This document shows positions 24,383 to 36,934 of a DNA stretch of 64,000 nucleotides, piece after piece (the first letter of the stretch is position 1; the number at the start of each line of letters is the position of its first letter). The position numbers and the translations under genes were made by a program. Under the pieces are notes generated by a model. That model was given only the letters and a program-made list of their open reading frames with translations. It did no database searches and was not told where the DNA came from. Location: the NCBI RefSeq assembly GCF_006345805.1, contig NW_021833258.1, positions 1 through 64,000 on the forward strand, given 5' to 3'. The stretch comes from Octopus sinensis (lineage: Eukaryota).

Positions 24383-27300
24383 ATGGATGACTTTACAAAA
24401 GGAAAAATTATTGCTTTATATGAAACAAAAATGACACTTCGGGCAATTTCTTTGAAAGTTGGGGTACATGAGGCCACAGTGTCTAATTTTATCCAACGAT
24501 ACAAAAAGAATGGCACAATCCATCGGAAACCAGGATCTGGAAGGCCAAAAATACTTGATAAAAATGATTTGAAAGAATTGATAAAGTATTCGGAAGAAAA
24601 TCCAACAAAAACATCTAAAGAGATCTCAAGTGAAATGACGAAACTAACCAATAAAGCAATTTCCTCAAGAACAGTTATAAGAAATCTTAATGAAAATGGT
24701 ATATTTGGACGTATTGCAAAAAATAAGCCATTTTTGAATATAAAACACACTAAAAAAAGATTAGAAATAACGAAAAGATTTCTTGCCATTTCTGATGAAA
24801 AATGGAAAACCACAATTTTCTCAGATGAATGCATTTTTTACGCCAATCCAAACAAAACTCGAAAAATAGTATATAGGAAGAGCGGTGAACAACTTAATTC
24901 CAAAAATATTTCAACAACAGTGAAATTTGGAACAGGTTGATTTGGCTTGAAAACAAAAAATAGGGAAAATCATGATATGGGGATGTTTTTCTTTTAACGG
25001 CGTCGGAGAATTAGTTTTTGTTGACGGAACATTGAATTCTGCAAAATATTTAAATCTTTTAGTCAACAGCCTACCGAGATCAGTTGCAAAAATGGGACTT
25101 AATGACTTTGTTTTTCAACAGGATAATGCACCGTGTCATACAGCGAAGTTAATCATGAATTATTTTGATAAAGAAAATATAAAAACACTAGACTGGCCAT
25201 CCCAGTTACCTGATCTAAATCCAATTGAGCATTTATGGGCTCATATAAAAGCGGAACTCAGTAAAATCGATTTGAAAAATGCTGAAGAATTAAAGCAGGA
25301 ACTTCTTCATATTTGGGGAAATACAGTGAATCCTCGCAAATTGGCCATTTTTGGTACATAGAGATTTTATGGCCAATTTGAGAAAATGGCCAATTTGAAA
25401 AAAATCAATATTTAAAAATAAAATAAACACGTTTAAATTTTATTAAAATAAAATTCAATCCCTAATTCCTTTTTATTTGCTCTTTTTACATTTTCTTTGT
25501 ATTTTCTTATTGCAGTAATCAGCGAAACATCATTCTCATTTTCTGCATTACAGTAAAGTTGCCTTTCTATTCTAGTTAATGTCTTTGCAATATCTTTTCT
25601 ATCGAGTGGATATATGATTTTTGTCTCTTCGTCGCTAATTTCAGACTCTTGATCCTCTTGTAAACAATTTTCGTTTATATCTTGATCTTCTGTGTTTTCG
25701 ATATTTAGAAAATCTTCGCTCATTAGAGGATCGAAAATGTCAGTTCTTTCAATTTCAGTCTCATAATGTTCAATTAATGTATTTTCGTGATTAGATTCAT
25801 TTAAAATCTTAAAACAATTTTGAATAGTTTCAGTAGATACGTCATCCCAAGCCATATTAACAAACAAAATTGCATCTTTTAATGTCAATTTTTTGTATGA
25901 ATTGTATACAGAAATATTTTCAGTCTCCAGCAAATCAGTTAAGTACTGTAGCTTTCTTCTCATGAAATGAGTCTTGAAGGTTTTTATAATTCCAATATCC
26001 ATTGGTTGTAGTAATCCAGTAGAATTTTTAGGAAAAATAAAATCTAATACAATCCAAGTTTTGAGGAATAGAATGTGCAGGACAGTGGTCTATTAGCAAT
26101 AAAATTTTCTTCTTTTTATTTTAAGCTGGAGATCAAAGCTAATAATCCAATCAATAAAAATAGATCCAGTCATCCAAGCTTTCTGTGAGCTATAATATGA
26201 GACAAGACATCCATAGTCAAAATTTTTAAAACATCTAGGCATTTTTGGTTTTCCAATCATCACAGGTTTCAATTTATGACTTCCGGTCATGTTTGAACAA
26301 AGCATAATAGACACACGGTCTTTAAAATTTTTGTATCCTTGGAATCGGTTTCTGCATACGCTTTTCGATGGAATAAGCTTGTAGTATAATGCAGTTTCAT
26401 CCAAATTATAAATTAGATCAGGCTTATACGATTTAGAAATTTCTTAAATTCTTCACGAAAAGAATTAATGTCAACTACTTTATCTGTTCGCATCTCTCCA
26501 TGTAATTTTAGCATTCTAAAACCGTGTCTCTTTTGAATTTTGCCAGAAATCCATTAGAATTTTTAAAGTTACTAAGTTGTAGCTCTTCGGCAAAATGCGC
26601 AGCCTTACACGATATTAAGGAATCATTCAAAAAACCACCTAAAAATTGGTTTTCAATTAATACCTTTAGACTCTATTGTATCCATCCATTCAATCAATTT
26701 TTCTTCAAGCGTAGGAAATTTTGGTTTGTGAGCAGCTTTATACGAATTTTGATAGATTTTCGAATCCCGTAAAATAGAGTCTTTATTAAGCAGTAGATTA
26801 TGATCGTCTTTCTCGAGATCGTCTTGTGGAATAAATGTGAGAATCTGTCAGCCAGAAGCTGACACGAAACACTGTCATTTTCTTCCTTGTAGTTTATAAT
26901 TTGTGTTTTTTCAAGAAAAGTGAGCCGAGTATAACGTCCACGAGAAATTTTATAAGACATGTGATTAAAAAAATAGTTTATTTTCTAATTAGAAAAATAA
27001 TAATTCAAAAATTGTGGCCAATTTGAGAATTGGCCAATTTACTAAGAAAATTAATTTTTTTCTTAGTAAATTGTGCAAAAATTGGCCAATTTAAAAATTG
27101 GCCAATTTAAAAATTGGCCAATTTGCGAGGTGGCCAATTTGCGAGGATTCACTGTACAGTCCGACCCCCAAATGGGGCACCAAGTGCCCCAAAATGCGGG
27201 GGTGCCCCAAAAACAGGGGTTTGTTATTTTTTAAAAATTAAACCATTAATAAACATCAAAAAACATTTTTACTAAAATATTCAGTTATTTTCTTTTTATT

Positions 27301-30300
27301 TATAGAGTTTTGTCTGATACTGTTCGTCAATTTCAGCCGAAAATCAAAAAATCTCGGAGCATACTTGGTGCAACATTAGAAATTTTTTCTTCTAAATTGT
27401 TAAGCAGATCTTTTGTTTTTGCTACGACATTTTCACTATTTTCGGTTTCTGAATATGTATCATAAACATTATTGTTCATGTCTTCGCATTCTCCATCAAT
27501 TGTTTCGTTAACAACTTGATCTAAATGTTCATCTGTTAGACCATAGGTTTTCACGAGAAATTTCTCGCGGCGCAAATGCTAATAAAAAATAATCTCGCGG
27601 CACATAATCAAAAATCAAAACATAATTATAAAATTCCAAATTCAAAATTTATTATTTTTACATAATTTTTCTATGTCTGGCTCAATATTTGATAAGGCCA
27701 GCCGCATTTCTGAATCTAAATCCAGTAGATTTTCTCGCTTATTTGTTTTAATGTTTTGTAATGCAGAAAATCCCTTTTCACACAAATAAGTTGTTGCAAA
27801 TTGTAGAATGATCCGCATTGCTTTATCTGTTATTTTTGGAAATCTAGAACGAATTTTGATCCAAAATTCGCCAATATTTAATTCCGTATGTGATAATTTT
27901 AAGGTACGATCATTAAATAGTTCAATAAGCTCCATATTTTCGAACAATGATAACTCATTACTATGACTAACCAAAAATAGATTCCGTATCTAAAACTAAT
28001 TATTTAAAATAAATACCCAATCATATTTTTCAATGTCTATGTCTGGAAAATAATTATTGACTTTTTGTTCCAATGATGTCAAATGCTCATATATAAGACT
28101 TTGTATTATGGTACCGTCAGAATCTAAATTGGCTTTATAAATTAGAATGCGAAACCATTAGTCTTAGGAAACATGCTAAAATCCCCACTTAATACTAGTC
28201 TTCTCCAATATGTAATATTCATTTTTAAAGCATTTAACTTGTCCGTACAACTCAAAATTGTCTCATTATTTCCTTGCATGCTTAGATTCACATCATTCAA
28301 TATCGAAAATATGTCCGTTAGATATGCTAATTTTAATTTCCAATTCGAATTGCTGATCAATTCATGAAATTGATAGCATTGTTCTCTCGTGAAAAATTCA
28401 GCTATCGTGTCCCTTAATTCATACACTCTGGCCAGTACCCTTCCCCGTGATAACCATCGTATTTCGGTATGTAACAATAAATTTTTATAACTTGCTCCCA
28501 TTTCATCGCATAAAGAATTAAAAATTCTAGAATTTTTAGATCGAGTTTTTATATAATTGATCATTTTTATGACATCATCTATAACTGATTTTAAAGCAGA
28601 CGGAAGAGTTTTCGAAACCAATACTTCACGATGTAAAAAACAATGTGTTGAAAGTATTTGATCATTCTGTGCTTTTAGTAAAGAAACCTGAATTTAATCA
28701 TATAATAAAACAATATACAAGTCCATTAAGTCTTCCAGACATAGATGGTGCCCCATCTGTGAATACACCAACACAATTTTTAAAGGAAATATTATGTTGA
28801 TTAAAATAATCAAATTGTACATATCAATTGCACGAGTAGTAGTAACTAGTGCCTTGCAGAAAAGAAATTGTTCAATAATACTTTCTGACTTTTCAGTACG
28901 AATATAAATAAGCAACTGTGCAATTCCTGCTACGTCAGTTGATTCGTCAATTTGCAATGAATATAAATTGTTTTTCATTATAGATACCACTTTTTCTTCA
29001 ATATCAAACGACATTGTACTAATTCTTCGACAAATAGTATTGTCAGAAAAGGGAATTTTCAATAATTTTTTTTCAAATTCCACGCCAAACATTGTTCGGA
29101 CTATTAATTTGCATGCTGGAAGGATAAGATTTTCGGCAATTGTATGAGGTTTCATTTTCTTGGCAATCAATTCCGATACTAGATAAGAGCACTTTACTGC
29201 ATCTTCTGATTTTCCAAATGATTTTGAAAATGATTTTTTACTTACTCTAAATATGTATATATATAATTATTAACACTACCTATGTTTTTTGCTTAATTCT
29301 TTAAAATAATCAATTGAATAATCTTTATATTCCGGGTGCTTAGATAAAAAATGTCTACGAAGTTTAGATGGAACCATTGATTCATTCGACAACACCTCCA
29401 TGCAAATCAGGCACTGTGGTAAACTATTTCCAGTGCCACAACAGTCAAAACCCATAGATAAAAAAGATGATTTGTAATGACGAATACTCCGATGCACAGA
29501 CATAACAAATAGCAACGTGATTATAATTTATTATAATTGTTTCATTATAAATAATTTTTAAGTTAAAAATTAAACAAAAAATAAGTAAATATAGATCTTC
29601 ACGCGGCACATTTTTTATCATCCCGCGGCACAAAAATGTGCCGCGGCGCAGTGTTTGAAAACCTCTGTGTTAGACAGTTTTTTGTTGCATAAGAATCACG
29701 GTTCCTGTCGATTTTCTTCCAACAATTAACAATACTTTTAGCATCTATTTTCTCCCATCCTTTTGAAATTAGCATCATAACCTGACGCAAATTTAATTTA
29801 CCAATAGAATGTGTAAAATTGTTTTCGAAATCTTGAAAACATAAAAATTCCATAAGAAAGAGGAATAATAATCTTTAAAAATCTTGATTATTCCCATATC
29901 CAAAGGTTGTAAATAGGGCGTTGTATTTTTCGGCAAAAATAAAAATTCGATGTTCGAACATTCGGCAGTTTTATGGCATCCCGCATTGTCAAGTATTAAT
30001 AATATTTTTCTGTTGTTTTTGCAAAACGATTCATTTATAAGTGTAAGCCAACTCATAAAAGTCTTTCCAGTCATCCATGCATTTTGAGAAGATGAATACA
30101 ATAACCCAAAATCTTGAACATCAAAATTTTTTAGACACCGAGGTTTTTTATATTTTCCAATAATCAATGGATTAAGTTTTCCCCCGATTAAACTGCAGCA
30201 TAGAAGAACAGTGAGTCTTTCTTTCCCTTGTTTATAACCAAAACACGGTTCGCCTTGTTCAACAAATGATTTTTGAGGAGTTCTTTTTATAAAAAGCGCA

Positions 30301-31125
30301 GTTTCATCACAATTAAATATATTCTCAGGTCCATATTTTAATACTTTCTGGTCATATTTTTCAAAATAATTTTTCACATAAGATAAATCACATGAAGCTT
30401 TTTCACCACATATTGACTTGAATTGAAGTTCATGCCGCAATTTAAATCTATCAAGCCACCCATTGGAAGCTTTAAAAGAAGTAAATCCAATTTTTGAAGC
30501 TGTAACTAAGGCAATTTTTTTCAAAATAGGGCCTGAAATCGGAATTTTATCTACGCGTAGTCTTTGAAATATTTCAAAGACTTGATCATCAAATTTATCT
30601 TTATCGGCTTTAAATGTGTCATATTCCTCAGAAATAGTATTGCCGTGTTGCAAGAAAGGTACAATATTTCGTTTTATTCTTGATATTGTTCCTTTACTTG
30701 TGTTGTACTTTTTCATTAGTTGCCTCTCAGATAAATTTTTCTTCAAAATTTCTTTAGCAATCTTCAATTTAGTTTCGTAATCCATAACCACAACAATAAA
30801 AATATAAATTGAAAATAAAACAAAAAATAATTAATTTATTATAATTTTATTTTATTTTTAATTCCTTATAAATGATTTTATGGTGCCCCAAAAATTCCAT
30901 AATTTTTTATCGATTTTTATTTTTTTTCTGCCAAAATGTACTTTTGGAATAAAGTGCCCCAAATTGCGGGGGTGCCCCAAAATCCGAGGGTGCCCCACCC
31001 CTGGGGTCTGCCCCATTTTGGGGTCGGACTGTATTCCTAAATATTATATTGAAAAACTTGTTTTATCTATGAAAAAACGTTGTTGGGATATTTTTATGGC
31101 AAAAGGAGGAAATACCAGATATTAA
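24383..31125 (+). CDS. Tc1 DD34E transposase, reconstructable as 334 aa; interrupted in this copy
   Basis: Joining 24383-24935 + 24964-25323 + 31034-31125 gives 1005 nt with no internal stop. This removes a 28-nt GT-AG intron (24936-24963) and the double pogo insertion. Motifs FSDEC, TVKFGTGKIMIWGCF, QQDNAP-x-NPIEH with D-34-E spacing, GGNTRY end. Confidence 0.85.
25324..27154 (-). mobile_element. pogo/Tigger transposon (family 1), frameshifted, with a 25-nt intron
   Basis: TIR CAGTGAATCCTCGCAAATTGGCCA, TA flanks, subterminal AAATTGGCCAATTT repeats. DETAL, KDRVSIMLC, QPMDIGII motifs. Intron 26639..26663 restores EWMDTIESK-G-GFLNDSLISCKAAHFAEEL. Confidence 0.92.
27157..31031 (-). mobile_element. 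pogo/Tigger transposon (family 2), split by a hAT insertion
   Basis: TIR CAGTCCGACCCC(C/A)AAATGGGGCA, TA flanks. ORF 29793..30791 has a CENP-B-like HTH, NCDETAL, KERLTVLLC, LDNAGCH, QPLDMGII; C-terminal piece at 27333..27575. Confidence 0.92.
27542..29667 (-). mobile_element. Buster/ZBED5-like hAT transposon with four micro-introns
   Basis: Perfect TSD TGTTAGAC (27534-41, 29668-75). TIRs CATAGGTTTTCA / CAGAGGTTTTCA. Introns 29247-29279, 28688-28718, 28133-28155, 27990-28016. Motifs zf-BED, IDESTD, TDGAP, HCFLH, RWLSRG, TYLCEKGFS. One frameshift near 28800. Confidence 0.93.
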
Positions 31126-33299
31126 TTACAAAGTTTTTAATTTTGAATCATTTTTTTTGTCACTGACATATACTAACATATTGTGTGTTGTGCTTTTAAT
31201 TTTTCCAAATTAATGTAATTAGCAAATATTTTATTAAAATAAGATCATAATAATTACAACTAATCTACTAAGTTTTTTGAAATTAGAATATTTATAAGAT
31301 TTTCAAAAAAAAACTAAATATGAATTTTGAATCATTTTTTTTGGCGAGGAGTGTAGATTCTGTAAGAATCAGAAGAGGGGTGTCATTTTTGGAGAAGGAT
31401 ACGATCTTAAATCATGTCCTTTGCAGAAGGAGTCCAAAATGAAGTGTGTAAACTTTAGTTCAGACGAGCACCTTTCCTGGTTTTCTGGCTGTCTACATGC
31501 AAGAGAAGCACAAAACAAGCATACACCGAAGGCTACTTCTTTCACAAGTGCTTTAAGGGCTCAGTCAGTGTGGAATCATTCGGATTTAGGTAGAGGAAAT
31601 CTAATTCCATGTTCATTGCTTAATAAATCTCCAATATTTATGAAATGAAGTAATAATATCAATTTTATTCTTTAAAATATAATTTATGGATCAAATCGAA
31701 TGCAAGCCTTTTTCCACTTGCACTGGTTACACCAAGAATCCCTCTGATGAATTCCGTAAAATTTGCGACATTTTCCTATTTTTTGAGCTTTTCTTGGCTG
31801 TTTAAGTGAAATTACTGCCTTTTTAACTTTATAAAAATGGGATTTCTTGTATATAAGGATTAAGTCAAGAAACCGATTTATTCAACGAATTTATTTTCCC
31901 TTTTCCGGAAAATAAAAATTCCGAGATTTTAGATACGTTCAATTTTCTTTTTAACTTTTTACGTTCTCTTGCGTATATTTGGCAGTAAATCGACGATTCC
32001 AAATGCATGTAGCTATATCTAAAAATAAATATCACTAAGTGTTCCAATATTTATTCCAATTAAAATGAATCTTACAATGGCAAACTTTCTGGTACTTGAT
32101 TTTCATCACTTACGTCACTGTCAGAACAGTTTTGCAGTTCAAAAAAACCTTCTTTTAAAAAAGACATGTTTTCGCTTTCCAAAGACTTCTAAAAATTGTA
32201 GTTAAGAGGATTAATCTATTCTTAAAAAATCGACAAAGTTGTATCAATCATTCTAAGTTCTGTCTATTAAATCAGCAGGCATTTTAAAAGAATATTTACT
32301 ATCTGAAATGCTCAAATCGCAATCGACTTGTCAGAAACCATCTGACAGCGATGACGTAGTCATACCGGCATATTTGAATCCTTCTTCGAGAGCATTTTGA
32401 TGGTTTCATTGAGGCGTCGAAAAACAGAATTGTCACTATCATTCGATGAGAGATTTGCTTGTAGTTAAAATTATGTAAAAATACTCCCAAACGTATCCTT
32501 AAAGTCCATTTGATCCACATTGAGTAGATCTAAATTAGGAGGCATTGTTTTAAAATTACCTGGAAAGACTATTGTTAATCATCTTAAACAGTATTACCTA
32601 CGATGCGGCAAATAGTTTTGTAAATATCAATTATACATGTATAGTTATTTAGGTTTGCCTTTGTGAAAGTACTTTTTATATAATTTCAATAAAAGCAAAG
32701 TTTCATTAAAATTAATTGTAATTAGTTCCTTATTTATTTCTTCTCTTAGCTCTCCTTCACTTGGTGCCTGGTCTTTCTGTAGGTGGGGCTGTATGTTCTC
32801 TCGATCCTGAATTTTGATCCCAAAATGTGAATGTTTAGCTAGTTGAATTCAATCATAGTGCTTAAATTCATGCTATCAAGATCTTTTTCAGAAAAACAGA
32901 CCAGATATATACTCTCACCGAGACCTCAACTTTGAACGAATTCATGTGATGTCTACTACCGTGAAACAATTCCGTCCCAGGATAGAACGAGCGGAACATT
33001 TTTACAGTCGCCTCGTGGATCAGATCCAACTCAGAAGCCAGGAGGTCGTATTCGTGGGACTTCTCCACTTTCACTTGATTCAGTGAGATCTGTGATATTA
33101 TTCCAACCTGGATAAGAAATATCACGTCCTGTGCCCTGTCCATAACAAATATGTCCGGTCGGCTGTTTTTTACATCAAAGTCTGTCCTGAGAACGGTGTC
33201 TACTCGTATTTCAACAAGATCGTTTGTCTCCACTGACTGAACAGAATTAGTCTTGAGATTCCTGGACATTTTATTTCATTTATCTTACAAGGTCTAAAT

Positions 33300-35441
33300 C
33301 AGGGCTGGCCAACCCAAGGCCCGCGGGCCGCATGCGGCCCGCGATGGAGTTTGGTGCGGCCCGCGAGAGAAATTTTGTATGTAGTTAACCTATAAATACA
33401 TTCAAGATAATTTTTCTTAAGTTTAATAAATAAAGATAAATTTTATAAGTTTAATAAATTTTAAAGTTTATCTATTTTTGTAGCTGTTATCAATATGAAG
33501 AAAAGGAAAATTTTTGAAGAAAACAGGCAATTCAGCAATCATTGGGAAGAAGATTACTTTTTTATAATGCATAATTCCAAGCCAACATGTTTAATTTGCA
33601 AGGAGAAAGTATCGGTGGTGAAAGAGTACAATGTAAGAAGACATTATGAAACAAAGCATTCCGAATACGCGAAATTTAGTAAGGAATTGAAAACAAGGAA
33701 ACTGGATTCGCTTAAATCTGAATTGAGAAATCAGCAAAGACTATTAAATTCATCGATACACTCTTCTTCTGATACTGTTAAAGCAAGCTACTCTGTTGCA
33801 ATGATAATTTCAAAGAGAATGAAATCATTTTCGGATGGAGAATTCGTAAAAGAGTGTTTGGATGCTGTCGTGAAAGACATTTTGCCAGATAAAACTAAAA
33901 AGTTTTCAAACATTAGCTTGTCACGTCAAACCATATGTCGCAGGGTTAATGACATTTCAAATGAAATTGTGGTGACTTTGCGTGATCAAATAAAATATTT
34001 CAAAAGTTATTCTTTGGCCTTTGACGAATGCACGGATATATCAGACACGTCTCAACTTGTAGTATATATTCGTGGAGTTACCGAATCTTTTCAAGTGAAA
34101 CAAGAAATGCTTAACCTTGTCAGTTTGAAAGATACTACAAAGGGCGAAGATATTTTCCAAGCTGTTATGAAATGTTTATCCGACAATGGAGCGAATTTAG
34201 AGACCCTTGCTGGATTGACAACAGATGGGGCGCCGGCTATGATTGGAAGAAATAAAGGAGTTGTAAAGCTAATAATGGATGAGATGGAGTCAAGAAGCAT
34301 AAAAAATGATTTATTTGTAATACACTGCTTGATACATCAACTCAATTTGTGCGCGCAAGTGTTGTCTATGAACCATGTTATGAGTGTGGTTGTAAGAACT
34401 ATAAACTTCATTCGTTCTCATGCACTTCAACATCGCCAGTTTAAAGAATTATTGAACGAGTTATATTCTCACTATGGTGATCTTGTGTATTTTTCCAATG
34501 TCAGATGGCTGAGTCGCGGAAAATGTTTAAAACGTTTTTTCGACTTGAGAGAAGAAATCAAAAGTTTTATGATGCATAAGAAAATGACATTAACTGAATT
34601 AAATGATGAAGAATGGATGCTAGATCTGTGCTTTTTGGTAGATATAACCGAAAAAATTAATCAATTAAACAAGGAGTTACAAGGACAGGATAATTTGATT
34701 ACTAATGCATGCCATCAAGTCAAAGCATTTCGAATGAAATTGTCATTGTTTGAATGTCAAATAAGAAATGGAAATGATCAACATTTTCCAACGCTAAATC
34801 AATTTAAAATCAGCCATTGTAAAAATTTCTTCAAGTACGCTGATGAAATAAAAAATCTTGCTGCAGCATTTGACAGTCGATTCTCGGAACTAAAAAAATA
34901 TGAGAAAATGTTTGAAACATTTTCTTCTCCATTTCATGTTGACGTTTCTATTGTTTCAAATACTTTGCAGACGGAAATAATTGACCTACAGTGCAACAGT
35001 GAACTAAGACTTGTTTATCCTACTATATCCAAAATTGACTTTTATAACAAATATGTGACTGCAGAAAAATATCCCAACTTAAGAATTTTTGCACAAAGAG
35101 TTGTAAGCTCCTTTGGATCTACTTACGTATGTGAATCATTCTTTTCGAAATTAAAGTTTAGTAAAAGTAGATATAGATCTTCTTTAACAGATAAAAACTT
35201 AGAAAACCAATTAAGATGTGCAACTAGTAATTGTGAAGTTGATTTGAAAAAATTAAATGAAGATAAAGAAAAACAGATTTCTCATTGATACGTATAATTG
35301 GACTGAATGCTATTTTACTAAATAAAATCTTATCTGTGTTGTTTTGATATCTATCCTTAGTATGTACATGTATATGCGGCCCGCGGAAAGGATTCATTTG
35401 GACAAAGTGGCCCGCGATGCGATTTGGGTTGGCCAGGCCTG
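33300..35441 (+). mobile_element. Full-length hAT transposon (GTF2IRD2/SPIN-like, Buster group)
   Basis: TIRs CAGGGCTGGCCAACCCAA / CAGGCCTGGCCAACCCAA. Perfect TSD GTCTAAAT. Subterminal GCGGCCCGC repeats. Confidence 0.97.
33495..35288 (+). CDS. Intact, intronless 597-aa hAT transposase
   Basis: zf-BED (CLIC..RRHYETKH), catalytic D (FDECTD), D (TTDGAP), CxxH (CLIH), RWLSRG, E (STYVCESFFS) and dimerisation domain, with no stop or frameshift. Confidence 0.95.
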   Translation: MKKRKIFEENRQFSNHWEEDYFFIMHNSKPTCLICKEKVSVVKEYNVRRHYETKHSEYAKFSKELKTRKLDSLKSELRNQQRLLNSSIHSSSDTVKASYSVAMIISKRMKSFSDGEFVKECLDAVVKDILPDKTKKFSNISLSRQTICRRVNDISNEIVVTLRDQIKYFKSYSLAFDECTDISDTSQLVVYIRGVTESFQVKQEMLNLVSLKDTTKGEDIFQAVMKCLSDNGANLETLAGLTTDGAPAMIGRNKGVVKLIMDEMESRSIKNDLFVIHCLIHQLNLCAQVLSMNHVMSVVVRTINFIRSHALQHRQFKELLNELYSHYGDLVYFSNVRWLSRGKCLKRFFDLREEIKSFMMHKKMTLTELNDEEWMLDLCFLVDITEKINQLNKELQGQDNLITNACHQVKAFRMKLSLFECQIRNGNDQHFPTLNQFKISHCKNFFKYADEIKNLAAAFDSRFSELKKYEKMFETFSSPFHVDVSIVSNTLQTEIIDLQCNSELRLVYPTISKIDFYNKYVTAEKYPNLRIFAQRVVSSFGSTYVCESFFSKLKFSKSRYRSSLTDKNLENQLRCATSNCEVDLKKLNEDKEKQISH

Positions 35442-36934
35442 GTCTAAATGAATACACCTGACATCTTTGTTTTGGCTCCGTATTTAATGACCATTTAGCA
35501 TTTTTCCGCACCTTGTTGGTAAGCGGTCCACCGTCGTCAACCCTCGTAATCCACAATTAAATATTGGTCCTTCATCATATATAGGGTTGGTTCGCTAGCT
35601 GAGAAGTTTTTTAAATACTTTTGCCAACACGAAGACTCAATTATGTTCCCTACAAATTAATTTATAGTGATATTATTAGTTAAAGATTTTTAATTTTTTG
35701 TTTTCTCACTAACAGATGTCAACAACCTTGCTGCTATTTATAACCCTGCTGACACTTCTGACCCGAGAGGGTGTGCGGCATTTGCCTTGGGTGTGCAGCA
35801 TAAAAGAGCTCTGATCCAATAACAACACAGAACTGTCCAAAAATGCCATTTCACATATTATTATCAATTGCAAAAAGTTTTACTCAGATAACTGGAAAAC
35901 CAAAAGATAAAGAAAAATGATTCCCTGTATAAGAGTGGACAATTCATGAGCTCATTAATTTGGTTTTTTTAACAAAAGAGGTAATCAGAGAAAACTTTTT
36001 ATTAAATTACAACAAATAAAAATTTTTCTCTAAAAAGTCAATTTTATTGACCTTGAAATTTTAAAAATTGTTTAAAAATCGACCTAAAAATACAAGTCGT
36101 ATACAGATGCTGATTGATTCATTGTTCAGGAACATACCGACTGACGAGATCGGTAACGCATTGAGCCAATCTGCCGAATGTGGTTGACAAGCGCGATGAA
36201 TACTTGCTAACTGAGACTGGTCGGCGTGGGAGCAGATAATTTTTTAAACAATTGTCTTCGATAATTTTTTTTACAAAAAGTGCTTCGACACAAGCAATCA
36301 ATTTTGTTGACTTGATAATTTACTTTTATTTAAGTGCATAATTATGCACCAAATGAGCAAAACATGTGATATAGTATGGATCACAATAAAATAATTTTAG
36401 AGTACTTCCTGCAAAAACTATATATGAAGCAGCATCAGTGATATGAAGAGAAAAATTCTTTTTTTTAATTAATTTTCCCTATAGTGTCATTAACAATTTC
36501 GACCTATAATAGAAGAATTTGGAAAGAAATCAAATGTTATAAAATTTTTTTAGATAATATCTTTGTAAATTTGCAAACGTTCCAACTAGACAGTCCACAA
36601 ACAAAAAACCTTAACAATTAAATAATTCAAAATAACTTTCTTTTGTTAAGCTAAAATTTCTACTATATAGCGGCAAGTAAACTTTAAAAGAAATGGATGT
36701 CCAGCACTTTCGAATAAGTTCGTTTACAAAAAAGCATTACATTCGGTGCAATAAAAAATTTTTTTGGGATCTTTTTCGCGAATATTTTTAGCTTTTATAA
36801 GATCAGAAAGCTCATTTTTATGGATATCTTTATAATTTAGAAAAGACTTTTAAAATAACAAAAATGTGATGCCGATTATTTTAAATTTATTTTGACGCTT
36901 AAAATTATGATATATTATTATTTAATTTTTTATT

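Larger units (their letters stand above)
23270..31353 (+). mobile_element. IR/DR-type Tc1 transposon expanded to 8.1 kb by four nested insertions
   Basis: TA-flanked TIRs starting CACTCCTCGCC, about 210-230 bp long, each with two AAAAAAAATGATTCAAAA direct repeats. The left IR is split by a LINE and the ORF is split by two pogo elements. Confidence 0.95.
32690..35560 (-). mobile_element. Degenerate RLE retrotransposon fragment split by the hAT at 33300..35441
   Basis: TVD.L.TRCGKML..VRCIHL at 35450-35550 joins across the hAT TSD to SRNLKTNSVQ..NSRPDIF..QVGI..EKSHEYDLLASEL (ORF 32868..33269). Confidence 0.75.
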
